64,000 nt of DNA from Camelus ferus (taxonomy: Eukaryota), in NCBI RefSeq assembly GCF_009834535.1, contig NC_045697.1:49664001-49728000 (forward strand), read 5' to 3'. A program made the position numbers and the translations under genes. This document shows positions 25,041 to 37,300 of the stretch, piece by piece. A model generated the notes under the pieces. The model searched no databases. It was not told the DNA's origin and saw only the letters and a program-made list of their open reading frames with translations. Each line of letters begins with the position of its first letter. Positions within the stretch are counted from its first letter, which is position 1.

Positions 25041-28000
25041 ATATGGTTTTTATCTGCATTTATTTAATTAAGAGACCATGAATAATGTGTACAACACTGT
25101 ATAGTTTTAAACCATAAGTTTGAAGCCATCTGTAAATTCTCTTTTCGAAATTTTGGATATAAGGGTAGCGAGTTAATTTTCTTGTAAAGCCAGTGATACA
25201 AGCAGCCTGATCCTAAAGTAACATGTCCTGTAAAGACTACCTGGTAAAAGTGACAGACTCAGTCTTAGAACCTGGTTCTCCTGGCTGAGAATCCCTTGCT
25301 TGGTTACAATGGCTGCCTTCCTATAGAAATGGGACTATAGAAGATGTGTTTTCTTATATGACTCATTGTTGGTTCCTTTACCTTAGTTGTACTACAGTAT
25401 AAGGCTGGATCTGTAATAAATTATGAGTCACACTAGACTGAAAAATGTGATTGACTTGTTTTCTAAGCCCTCCTCTATATCACCGAACTGTTGGAAACAT
25501 TAGAAACACTAACGTCACTGCTTCTGAGGTTTAAGGCCAGTCCTGGAGACGTGGACTAAGTGGATCTGTTGCTCTGTGTTGTGCTTCAGCATTAGAAGTG
25601 GGCCCTTAACACTCTTCTATGTGAATGAAAACTTACGTTTTCGTATTGCTTTTTAAATGGCCTTAATTTTCTCTCTTGATAGTTTCAGACATGAAGTAAC
25701 TTGAAAATGTAATTAACATGCAGCTTATCTATTTCTTACCCTGTCTTTCTGTGAAGTGCCCTACCACAGATCATTTGTCATCACTTGTATGTGACTTGTG
25801 ATTTAGAGCTTTGTGTTTACAGATGTTTGTAGCTATCTGACACTGACTGTATTATATACTGAGAGATTGAAAGCAAAACAAAAACCCATCCACAAAATGT
25901 CATTTTCCTTTGCTTTCGGTGAAATTTTATTTCCCCCCATTGCATAACCTTTTTTAATCCCTTCTTGTTCTACTTTGGCATGCAGGGTTATCTCCTGTAG
26001 AAGTGAGGAAGGTTCTAGCAAAATTGTGGAAATGGTATTGTTGGTTTACATGAATTAAATAAGAAAGAATCAGGGAAATGAATCCAAAATGTCTCATTTC
26101 AGCATGTTTTCCTGTTCCTACACCGGGGTGGGATCTCCTATCAGTCAAGAGAACAGGTTTTCATGTCAACTTATTTCAGTGCCTCTAAGTCTGGAAAGCG
26201 ATCTCCATTAACATTGCTGCTAGAATTTAAAACTGTCCCTCCACCCCATGACAACAGCATTTCCATTGGTTACTTCCCTCCTGAATCTGCTTTTAGACTT
26301 TTTCCTTGGATCATCCCTCCTTTTGCTTCCATGAATACCTACCTATCCATCTCTTCCACTGTATACTTTTTAAGTAGAAAAGCTGTTTATTAAATTGCTC
26401 CTAGACCCTCTGGAAGAGTCAGGGCCAGATTCTGAAGGTACACGGGGAAGAACCACACCCAATATCACTGCCCTCACCAAAATTTCTGTGTCTCTTAAAG
26501 ACTAGGAACCACATCTTATTTATCTCTTTCTGTTCCACACCATCTAGTGCTGTGATTTCTATGTGACAATAGTTAATAATAACCCTATGAAAGTAGAAAT
26601 GTTACTCATGTTTTATAGACAAGGCACAGGCTTAGAAAGTTTAAGAAATTTGCTCAGTGTTACTCGCTTAATAAATGATAGGCGCATGGGTGTTTGCGGG
26701 AATAAATATATGGTCATGATTTCTCAGATCTGGAATCAATTAAAATTTTTTGTTTGTTTAGATAATATAAACTTTGGGAGCTTAGACTCCTGGAGCTACC
26801 TACATCCTCATTCACTTACAGTGGAGGAAGTGTGTTTTTCCAGCCATAAACAAAACTTCACTTTACTCTAAAAGCCATATTTGGACACTGCTCACCAGGG
26901 GTCAAGCATTGTAGCCAGGGGAATGGTATCCACTGATTGGCTTGGGTCTCTGTTAAATTCATTTGTCTGAATTAATTATGAGCAAAAGGAAACAGGATTG
27001 TACTGATTGGTTTAAGGTTAATGACAGCCTACCCATGGGACCACCTGGCTTCCAAAAACTTGGAAGTAGATGTGGAACAGATGCTGGCAAGATAGTCACA
27101 GTGTTCTCCAGAGATGGACCTTTTAAAGCTGCAAAAGCTATGCTTCATTTTAGATTTTGACTAAGTCTGCCAAATTGTCCTCCAAAAATGCCATACCAAT
27201 TTACATTCCCGCCAACAGTGTATGAGAAAGTCTATTTCCCCAGACCTGGACTATATTAGATACTGCTGCTACTAATTTTCATGTTGACCAATCTAATGGG
27301 TGAAAATTATCTTGCTTTAGTTTACGTATTCTTCATTACTACTGAGGTTACACATATTTTCATATATTTTTTCTTTTTTTCATATCTATTGGTCATTTGG
27401 ATTCCTTATGTGGCTAAAGGATATTAACGTTCTTAAAAAAACGGTAGAGCAGATTTTAGCTTGAGTGTTGGACATTTTCCTTTGCAGATGTGTTTCCTAC
27501 CTCCTGAAAACAAAGGCAAACACCAGATTCAGATAATATAGTTTGGCTCAAAGCATACTGTAGGTCAAAAATTATTTTAAACTGGGAAGTGCAACCCAGC
27601 CAGAAGAATGTATTTTCAATTACACTTGTCCTCTTCAGTAAGGTGATCAGTTCCCCTTTCTTCTGTTGGGCCTTGGGAGGAAATGTTGATGAGAGAGAAG
27701 CACTTCTCCCTTCTAGGGTAGAGGGATTTAGAAGTCAGCTCTGCTTGGGTGGACGGGAATTATTTAGGAAAGTTCTGAGCGCGGGGGCTGCTGCAGCTGG
27801 CCTTTTATCTGTTTCAGTAGCATGACACCTTACTCCTCTGGCTCCGCCCAGGATTGCCAAGTGCAATCCGGGAGGTGGCAGTAAAGAGCCACTCTGTAAG
27901 ACATTCCTTCCCAAGGGGGAAAGTGCTAAAACCTGTGAAGAATTCTGTCCTTGCATTAAACAGTCTTCTTTGCCCGTTTTTATGGGCCCAGTGTTAAGGA

Positions 28001-29467
28001 GAACTTACTCTATTTGAACCTCAGCGGTGGCAAGGAAGAACTGTAATAGACGGTCCGTCAGAAGTTGCCGGCAGTGGAGTGGGGCACCCTGGTGGACACT
28101 GATAGTTAACACTCTAGCTGTCCAGTCCTAGGGGTTTATGAACGTGCCTAAGGGGAGCAGAAGAGACCCATTGCACGTGGCCTCTGTCTCTGTGATTGTG
28201 TCTGGGCTCTCCTGATGTTAGCAGGTGGCTGGTGACTCAGAGGTCAGCAAGGCAGAACCAGTAGCTGGAGGAGGGATAGGCTGTGGGAACTTGGGGGTGG
28301 CCAGGAGGAGCTGTGGACTTCAGTGAGAATCCTGAATGAAAGAAAAAGAACTTGGAGAATTATGAAAGTAAATTTGCCTCACCAAGATGAAATGTGAGCA
28401 GATGGGCAAAGGCAGAGAGGCAGAAAGGCAGATCAGACCACTTCCAGGAGTGCTAATCCAAAAAGAGTGCTGCACATCTTTGGAATGAATTGATTTTCAA
28501 GTGTGATTTGCAAGCAGCAAAATGTAAGTTGATACAATGAATGGAGATTGGAAAATTAGTCCACACTGGCAGGGCTATTTTTCTTGATTATATTGGAATG
28601 TAGCCTAGGGAGTCTGATGGAACAGCCCCAGACGCATTTCCAGTCTTGAAATCAGTCAGCTAATGTGTATGTTAAGTCGTCAGTCAGTCCACTGGAGTTC
28701 TGAATTTGCAAAAGTGCAGGGCATGTTGATTAGGGAAAATTAGTTATCTGTGATGTGTCTAAAATTAAAGTCCCCAGTGTACCTCTCAACATATGGATTT
28801 GAAAAATAATACCAATGAAAACTGAAAAGAAACTCTAGAAAAGGAGCAATACTTTGCCAGTGTGGAAACAGAAGCTTAAAACACATTTTATATACAATAT
28901 TACTATGACTATATGAAATCTACCTCTATTCTGAATGAGGGTGGGCATCTAATCCTCCAAGTGAATGAATGTGGTGAAATAGATTCCCAAAGAAATTCAA
29001 GTAATAAATCTACTATTTAGAACATAAACCAAGATGTGCATAAATTTGTTGTCAGAAAATCAGTTTCTCCTTGTCTGTTGAATGAATATTTAAAGAATAA
29101 CAGTTTGAAGAGGCATCTTAAATAACAGGCTTCCCAGGAAATCTGTATGTCCTGACCTGGACTTGGAGGAGAGATTTTACAAAGAGGACTCAGATTCTGA
29201 AAAAAGTGATAGATGCTGCTAATAAAAGTGTGAAAAAAAATTACAAAATTAAGTGAGCAATTAAATTGGAGGATTCTCTGTCTCTGGTTACCATTCTAAC
29301 CTACTCTCTAACAAACTACTGAAAGCGAGAAACTTTATCTGTGCTGAAAAGAGAAAGATACACGTTAAAATTCCTCAAAGAAGGTTGGAAGCATGCACCA
29401 GTGGCCAGTATAGTGTTTTATTTGACAGGGATTTTTGTATCTTACCTTTCTCTCCTCAATATAAGTT

Positions 29468-29530
29468 CTTCTCCTTCTCCTTCTCCCTCTCCCTCTCCCC
29501 TCCCCTCCCCCTCCTTCTCCTTCTTCTTCT
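29468..29530 (+). repeat. Pure polypyrimidine (CT-rich) low-complexity tract
   Basis: About 60 nt of only C and T. Confidence 0.9.
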
Positions 29531-29617
29531 AGGAGATTTTAAACTCCTGAGACTTCCCCTGAGATGTGGGAATTGATTTGGAAGCAAATAAGGTTAAGAT
29601 ACCAGGAGGTTTGAAAG

Positions 29618-30170
29618 TTCATTTATTTAACAAATATTTATTGAGTTCCTGCTATATGCAGGTATTGTTTTAAGTCCTAAAGATAAAGGAATGAACACAA
29701 TAGACACAAATCACTGTTTTTAGGGAGTTTACTTTCTGATATGAAGGACAAATAATAAAAAAGGGAACTAAGAACACATGTAGAATGACTGAATGTGATT
29801 CATGCTAGGGGATAAAAAAAAGCTGGGTATAGGAAGAGGGTATCCGTGGGTATCCGTGCCTGCACATTTTGATAGGTTGGCCAGGAACTGAAAGGTGGCA
29901 TTTTATGAGTGTCCTGTAAGAAATGAGAGAAGGACCCATGTGGGTAATGTGGATTATCTGGGGCAAGGCCACTGTAGCTAGAGGGACCGACCAGGGCACA
30001 GGCCTTGAGGAGGCTGTGAGCTTTGTCTGCGTGAGAACAGCGAGGAGGGCCGTGTGTCTGGAGCGGAGTGAGAAGGGAGGAAAGGAGGGTGAGGTGAGGT
30101 CAGAGAGGAAGAGGCTGGTGTGGGGCGTGGGGAGGCGGGGTCGTGTAAAAGACATGTGAAACCTTCTGCT
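29618..30170 (-). mobile_element. L2 LINE 3' end
   Basis: ttcatttatttaacaaatatttattgagttcctgctatatgcagg is the reverse of the L2 tail. Confidence 0.75.
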
Positions 30171-30496
30171 TACTGTTATGGGTAGTATTTCAGTGAAATA
30201 TTGCTTCCCCGCCTTGGTCTCCACTTTACTGAGATACAATTGACCTATTCTACTGTTTAGGAAAAGCCTGGAGGTTCCTACAGGAACCTGATATTTACTT
30301 ACATTTTATTATAAAAATAAGTCAAATATGCTCTGTGCTTGAAAAAGGAAAGTGGTGGTTTTCTTCATTTTTTTGTATGTATAAAAGTATCTGAGCTTTG
30401 TAACCCCTGTTTTCCTTAGAGTCAGAGCCAGCTCTCTCCAGATTATGCAGATCTTTTGATAATTTGTAGTTACTGCTATCAAAATTGGATCCTTCC

Positions 30497-30908
30497 TGTT
30501 ATGGGCTGAATTTATTCCCTTCAGATACATATGTTGAAGCCCTAACCACCAGTACCTCAGAATGTGATATATATTGGAGACAGGGCCTTTAAAGAAGTGA
30601 TTCAAGTTAAAATGAGGCCATTGTGGGGGGCCCTAATCCAATCTGGCTGGTGTCCTTATTAAGAAGAGAAAATCTGGATGCACAGGAGAGACACCATGGG
30701 CAACACGTGCATGGAGAGGAGACTGCGCCAAGAGGCAGCAAGAGGGCAGCAGTCTGCAAACCCAGGAGAGAGGCCTCAGAGGAAACCCATCATATCGACG
30801 CCTTGATCTTGGACTTTCAGCTTCCAGAACTGTGAGAAAATAAATTTCTATTGTGTAAGCCACCCACTCTGTGGTATTTTGTGAAAGCAGTCCAAGCAAA
30901 CTAACACA
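30497..30908 (+). mobile_element. MLT1B-like MaLR solo LTR
   Basis: TG...CA termini, tgttatgggctgaat start, gcaaactaacaca end, 5-bp TSD cttcc/cctcc. Confidence 0.88.
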
Positions 30909-32604
30909 CCTCCTCAAAAGATTTTTCTAAATGCCATGGGGTAACATTTACAGAGAAAGTTGGCTATTTCTTAATTTTTCATATTTGACCAGGAACTTAG
31001 CAAACCCCAGTGTCTGAATGGGCCACAAACCCATCATTCAGCAGCAGACTCCACACAGCCTGCAGCGCCTTCCTTCCTGGTTTGGCTGCCCCTTGTTGAC
31101 ACCTGCTGCCCACGAAGCCCTGGAAGGCGCTCCATCCAACCCCGCAGCCCTGACGAAACAGCACCTAATGTGAGAACACTGATGTCTCCTGACCTTCCGC
31201 AAGTAGCTGCTGTTTTCCAGAGAAGGAGTGAGTTCCATGCAGAGGTGGGGAGAAGCGCCCCCTTCTCAAGTTTTGTGACACTTTATCACGTCAGCCCCAA
31301 AGCAGCTCTGCTGTGTTCAGAAGCTCCTAAAGTTTCTTTTAAAACATCTTTATCAGCTTCTGATGCTCATCACTGACTACTCGGCTCAAATTCAATCCAA
31401 GTGGTGGCTGTGGAAGTACATGCCGTCTTACACCTTCTGTTTCTCCTCTTGAGACCCAAACTTCCAACCAAACTCCCCCTTCTCCCCCAGTTAAAAATTA
31501 CCCTCCCCAAATATCAGTGAACGTCTGAGTCTCAGCTCAACCAGTCTGGGTAACCAACGTGTGAATCATTACAAGGTTCGTGGTAGTGTGGGATGTAGGA
31601 ATAGGATTTTATTTTTAACTTATTTTCAAGGCACGGATAAATTCAAGATTAATTTTTGTGGGCTTTTTTTTTTTGGCAGGGGGGCTAGAACTCAAACCTT
31701 GATTTATGCTGTAAAGGGGAAGAAAATGATTAGTTATTATGTACATGATGTAACAGGAGTAGTTCTTACTATACAGAGCAACATACAAGGACTTTTAAGC
31801 ACCTACTTCTACAGTTTCAACTTCACAAGAACATACTTGAACTTCCCCGTACATGCATGACTAACACTCTAAGTTCCAATTGTATCATGTCCAAGTCACT
31901 AGTTAAAAATTGGCCTATCATGCCAACATATTTTTAAACATTAAAAAAAAAAAAAAAAAGAAGCCAGAAGACAGAAAAATCTCAAGGACAAAAAGTATTG
32001 GGGATTTAAATATTTTTAAGTCAAATTTAAGAGGAAGAGGGACATGCTAAAATGCCACTGGTATTACTTTACGCATTCAAGATGCAGCTCAGGAACAACT
32101 ATTAATGATCATAAAGGTTTTCAGATCCTTCCCTGAATTTTCACAGTCCACATCTTGTAAAGGTCTAGCCTCCCCATCCCCCAGCCCCGCCACGATTTCG
32201 CTTTTAATCCCCAAACTGATTTTGGCTGACAGATTGGCTCTAGACCTGAATCATTTAAAAAGCATGAAGACACATTCAAACTGAGGCTACAACAGATTAT
32301 CTAACCTTAGCAAGTGTATGTGGATTCTCTTTGCTACCAAATATTGTAGTCATTTTACTGTGATCATAAGAGATGATTTGCTTCTCCTTGTTACAGTGAC
32401 TATGGAAAGATAATAGTAAGCACAAATTTTGCTTTATTAATATTGACCACAAACACAGTAAAGCCAAAAGATATGTTTATACGGCATGACTTAAACCATA
32501 CAAAATTCCTTTAGAAATCATTGCATTTTCACCTTGCTCAGAATTTTCAATCACATACTATCTCAGTGAAGAAAAAATATGAGTTACAAACTGAAAAGAG
32601 ATTT

Positions 32605-32892
32605 TTTAAAAAATTGAAGTATAGTCAGTTTACAGTGTTGTGTCAATTTCTGGTGCATTCAGTCATACACATACATACATATATTCCTTTTCATATTCTT
32701 TTTCATTATAGGTTACCACAAGATATTGAATGTAGTTCCCTATGTTATACAGTGTGAACTTGTTGTTTATCTATTTTATATATAGTAGTTAGTATCTGCA
32801 AATCTCGGACTCCCAATGTATCCTTCCTCCCCACCCATAACCATAAGTTTGTTTTCTGTGTCTGTGAGTCTGTCTCTGTTTTGTAGATAAGA
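32605..32892 (-). mobile_element. L1 3'UTR fragment (artiodactyl/camelid type)
   Basis: Reverse complement closely matches the L1 3' end at 50060-50340. Confidence 0.85.
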
Positions 32893-33294
32893 ATGAGAAA
32901 GGAAAATAAGAAGAAGAAAAGAGAGTACATCTAATCTCATCTTCAGTGCACATCAAATCAGTGCAGTCTCAAACTTAGATACTTTTAAAGGCCACATAGA
33001 CACGGTGTCCTCCAAGGTCCAGCGTCCCTTCTCAGCAGGCAGTGGGGACAGCTGGTCTGCTGTGCGCTGTCCTCCCCGCTGACTGCCTGCGGGCACTTTC
33101 AATGCAGCTTTTCCCAGGATATTTCCCCCAAGATCTAGTCTTCTTTTTAACATTCCTTCTTTTTATACCCCTACCCTCCAGTCTCATCTAACTCTGTCAC
33201 CTCCCTCATCTGTCCCCGGAGGCCCCAGACTGCCACTTCCTCCCTCACAACTAAACCCCTGTCACTAAATCCTGTGTTGTTTCCACTAATGCCT

Positions 33295-33850
33295 TTTTAC
33301 TTTCATTTTGAAATAATTTCAAACTAAAAAGAGTTGCAGGAATGGTACAAAGAACTCCTATATGCCTTTCACCCAAATACATCAACTGTAAAAACATTTT
33401 GCCACATTTTATTACTCTCTCACCCTCCTTCTCTCTCTCTCTCTCACACACACACACAAACACACACATACACACACATACACACACACACACCCCTTTT
33501 GTCCCTGAATTATTCAAGACTTAGCTGCAGAAATCATACTCATTACCCTCAAATACTTCAGATCTTTATATAAGGATGTTCTTTTACATAATCATCAAAT
33601 TCAGAAAATTTAACATGGATATAAAATGATTACTTAAAACATGGCTCACATAAAAATCTGCCAGTTGTCCCAATAATACCCTTTCTGGCCATTTCTCCCT
33701 TACCTTCCCACTTCCAGGATCATGTGACATTTATTTACCACGTCTTTTTAATGTCCTTCAAACTTTGTCTACCATAGCTACATTTTTTGAAGATTACAGA
33801 GCAGTTGTTTTGTAACTGTCTTTCAATTTGGGTTTGATTCAGGTTCTGCC
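33295..33850 (-). mobile_element. Old L1 (L1MB/MC-like) 3' end containing a (CT)n(CA)n compound microsatellite at about 33429-33493
   Basis: ttttgaaataatttcaaactaaaaagagttgcaggaatggtacaaagaactcc is a typical antisense L1M 3' end. Confidence 0.7.
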
Positions 33851-34675
33851 TTTTTAGCATAATTAGAACTTTAGGCTTGCCTAGGCTATTTCTGCCACAG
33901 GCAAAAGATGCATTTAAGCGTGAATAAAAGTTTGTAGTAGATACATAAAAGATCATGTGCTCCCAAGACACTGCCATTGCTTCCAAAGCAGACAGTCCCA
34001 CCTGTGTGCTAAGAGGAACACACGTGATAAACGAATTCCCTTTGAGATATTAATGCCTGAAAACTATCCCTCTGAGGCAAAAAGCTTGCTGGGTATCAAT
34101 GTATTTTAAAAGAAAAATTTATTAACCCGAAGTCACAAAGGCATATGCTTTTAGGGCTGCTTCCCACGTAGGCAACTCCATGCATGTTCCAGGGTGAGGA
34201 ATGATGCAATTTTACCTGGAGTTATTTTTAAAAAGGCCCTCATTGTGAAACACTCCAGGAATAGTCCACTTTCTGTAACAGATGCACTGAAGCTATTACT
34301 CCATCTTTCGTTTGTCTTAGTTTTTCTGAGGTTTATATACCACCTAGCAAGGCCTTCAGGGACTGGATTCCAGAGCAGTTCCGTTTTGAATGACAAAAGT
34401 TTGAACATTTGGGAAGAGAAAGCCCTGCCAGAGCCAGGTTGGTTTTGGGCAATCAGAGCGCTGAACAGCTGGTGAACAGAGGGAGGTGAGTGAGCCGTCG
34501 TGAAGAGGGATCCAGGGATGGGGGGAGATTCAAATACAGCACTGATCCATCTTCAAGTTTGCCCAAGGTTGGCCCTTTTCTGATTATGCCCCACTAACCA
34601 AAAAGAAGGGGAGAGCAAGTTTATTCCAAAATATAGAATTTTTTACTTAATGAAGACTTCAAAGAAGATACAAGT

Positions 34676-34681
34676 TTTATT
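34676..34681 (-). terminator. Candidate ODAPH polyadenylation signal AATAAA (second copy at 34620-34625)
   Basis: tttatt on plus strand about 1.45 kb downstream of the ODAPH stop. Confidence 0.5.
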
Positions 34682-35449
34682 TAATCATAATTTTAAAACA
34701 AACATCTGTTCGTAGAATGAAAATTTGCTATAAAGTGAGTGAGGGAAAGTGTCTTTTTTCTCTTTATCTTTCAATATAGCAAGAAAAGAGAACATGATGA
34801 TTTCATATCTCTTTTCATTTCCCAGGCATTCCCAGTGTCCTCAGGTCTTTATGTTCCTTTTCTTTTCTTTTTTCTTTTCCTTTGTAGAAGCAGCAGCAGC
34901 ATCTTTGCATGTAGTTCTTGGGAGGAACAGGTGTAAACACTGACCTCATATGAGAAACCAAAGTTCCAACCTTACAGGCAAGGTGAGTAGCGCAAACAGG
35001 AGGCAGTATTTTGCGGAATGGCTGAAGGAACAACCAGAGTGCAGTCTGTGGGACTTGTTACTTACACTGCATCCTCAGAACACTGGGTTCCTCCAGTTGG
35101 GTGAATTTGTGCCTGTGGATTTCTAGAGTTACTAGAACACCCTGGTAAACTTTTACTTGGAATTTTGAACCTGGAATGATGTTAAAAGTTTTAGGGGAGG
35201 TATATCATTTAAGCTGGTATCCAAATGATGATAACAGAAGAAACAGTGAGACATTCATCAAACTAATTTGCACAGGTTGCTTAAAAAATGGATTTAGATA
35301 TTACAGATTAAAAAAAGAGTTTTTTGATTAGGTAATTTAGTTTATAAAATCTTTAAAGTATTATCTATAGTCAGACTCCCCATTACTTTGTTTTGTTTTA
35401 ATCTTTGTAATTTCTTTGTTGTTGTTGTTGTCAGAAAACTGAGTGGATT

Positions 35450-35625
35450 GTGAAAGTTCTCATTACAAGAAAAAGCTTTTTTGTAACTGTGTAAGGTGAG
35501 AGATGTTAACTGGACTTACTGTGGCGATCATTTTGCAACATATACAAATATTGAATCATTACATTGTACACCTGAATCTAACATAATGTTATGCTAATTA
35601 TACCTCAATTAAAAACGAATAAATA
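35450..35625 (+). mobile_element. L1MB-like 3' terminal fragment within the ODAPH 3'UTR
   Basis: gatgttaactggacttactgtggcgatcattttgcaacatatacaaatattgaatcattacattgtacacctgaa. Confidence 0.75.
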
Positions 35626-36088
35626 ACCACTGTCAAGCAGAGAATAAAGTAAAGCTTTCAGTTTTTAAAAAAATTTCTTTTAAAGTTCACTTTGTCCTGT
35701 AAGTTTTCCAGTGACTATGAAAAAGTGTCATTAACATCTCCATTTGGTTGATGACAATCTCTTTTTAAATGCTCTTCACTCTATTTTAGAAGATGGAGCT
35801 GATTCTTCTGGCATCTCAGGATGATAGAAATGACTGGAACCACTCACTTTAGAACATTCCTTACATAAAATCCCGTGATCATGAGAAGTTGGGGATAAGA
35901 CTAACATAGTTACTGCTCCTATTTTGCAAAGATGAATAACCTATAAACCAGGATCTTCACTGCTGACAAGGAGAATAGTTTCCAGTCACTGGTGTTTAAG
36001 GTGCTTAATCTTCCAATCCAACAGCTTTAGTTTTGAAAAAGAAAAGAGAAATCCTTTCTTCATCCTTCCTGAGGCACTGGCTTCTTTT

Positions 36089-36170
36089 TTTTTCAGTGGA
36101 GGCACTGGGGATTGAAGCCAGGACTCAGGCATGCTGTGCATGTGCTCTACCACTCAGCTTTACCCTCCGC
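36089..36170 (-). mobile_element. Short tRNA-derived SINE (Vic-1-like) inserted into the ODAPH coding exon
   Basis: Minus strand gcggagggtaaagctgagtggtagagcacatgcacagcatgcctgagtcctggcttcaatccccagtgcctccactg(A)n aligns with SINEs at 9115, 14375 and 50473; TSD aaaagaagcc at 36186-36177 and 36088-36079. Confidence 0.9.
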
Positions 36171-36552
36171 ATCATGGGCTTCTTTTCCTTCAGTATGTTT
36201 GGGGCCTCTCTCTTCGCCCGGCTTTCCTCAGAGGAACTTCCTCTCCAGAGTGGTCTCCTGGGGAAATAACGATAATGAGGAGGAAGGCGCCTGTGTGGCC
36301 AAAAAAATGGGTGGATCTGAAAACGGTGGTTGCACGTCGGAGGGTGGAAAGGTCTGTATGGAAACCTAAGGTGGACTCTGGGGCATCGTGGCGGAAAAAA
36401 ATGCAAGGGACACCTGGGTGTCCTTGTGATGGGCTGGATCCTCGTCACTGGCTTCCTTGTGGTGGGGGGAGGGGTGAGTGTAAAGATCTGGCAGTCTGTA
36501 GGGTCTGCATTATGTTGTGAGTCTCCAGGAGGGGTGACCACCCCTTCTTGTC
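36125..36552 (-). CDS. ODAPH: ODAPH (C4orf26, odontogenesis-associated phosphoprotein) exon 2; spliced protein 164 aa
   Basis: ttttccccccacag| acceptor; GQEGVVTPPGDSQHNADPTDCQIFTLTPPP...Pro/Arg-rich...RGSSSEES; syntenic between CDKL2 and THAP6. Confidence 0.94.
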
Positions 36553-36689
36553 CTGTGGGGGGAAAAGTGAAAGTCAGGAAACAGGCCTGATGGCAGAAGC
36601 AGGGGGCAGTCTTCAGGTGGTAGTGGGGGAGTGAGTGGAAGAGAGAACTCTAGAGTCATGTTTCAAAGAACTGCCCAGGCCAGCAACAT

Positions 36690-37300
36690 GAGACATGGAC
36701 ACCCCTATGACCCAGTGGTCCCACTCTGAGGAATTTACCCAAAGAAATGAGTGCTTATGTCTACAAAAGACTAGGTCAGGAGAGTTCACAGCAGTCTGAT
36801 TCCTATTTGCCCAAACTTAGAAACAATGCAAGTGTCCATCACCAGGAAGATGGATAAACTGTGCGTGTTTATACAATGAAAGACTACTCAGCCATGAAAA
36901 GGAAGGAATTACTAAAATGACAACATGGATGCATCCCATGATGTTACGTTGAGCAAAAGAAGACATGAAAGACTGCATACTGTAAGATTCCATTTATATG
37001 ATGTTCAAGACCAAGCAAAACGAATCTACAGTGAAAAAAAAAAGAAAGTAAAAAATAGTTAGCTTAGGGTTAGGGTCAGTGTTATTTAGTAGAAAAGTAA
37101 CCAGTAAGTTCTTTAGATCTTGAGCTGAGTGGTTGTTACATGATATGGAGATACACACACATTTATATTTACACACACGTACACAAAAATACATATACAC
37201 ACACATTTATATGCACACACGCATATATGTGAAATGTGAGCAATCTGTATTTTTAAGATTTGTGCATTTTATTGTGCATAAGTTATAAATAAATAAAGAA
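36690..37300 (+). mobile_element. Old L1 3' end in the ODAPH intron
   Basis: ccctatgacccagtggtcccactctgaggaatttaccc...gatggataaactgtg...tactcagccatgaaaagg. Confidence 0.75.

Noticed and set aside
28570..29165. Possible MER45/hAT-Tip100 fossil
   Set aside because: Only a weak resemblance at one end; terminal inverted repeats could not be confirmed by eye.
36445..36552. Alternative reading frame of ODAPH exon 2 (as in a frameshifted human isoform I recall)
   Set aside because: That frame reads DKKGWSPLLETH...QGSQ and closes at TGA after about 35 codons here.
36033..36590. Several plus-strand ORFs over ODAPH exon 2
   Set aside because: Antisense shadows of a GC-rich coding exon; no splice or start support.
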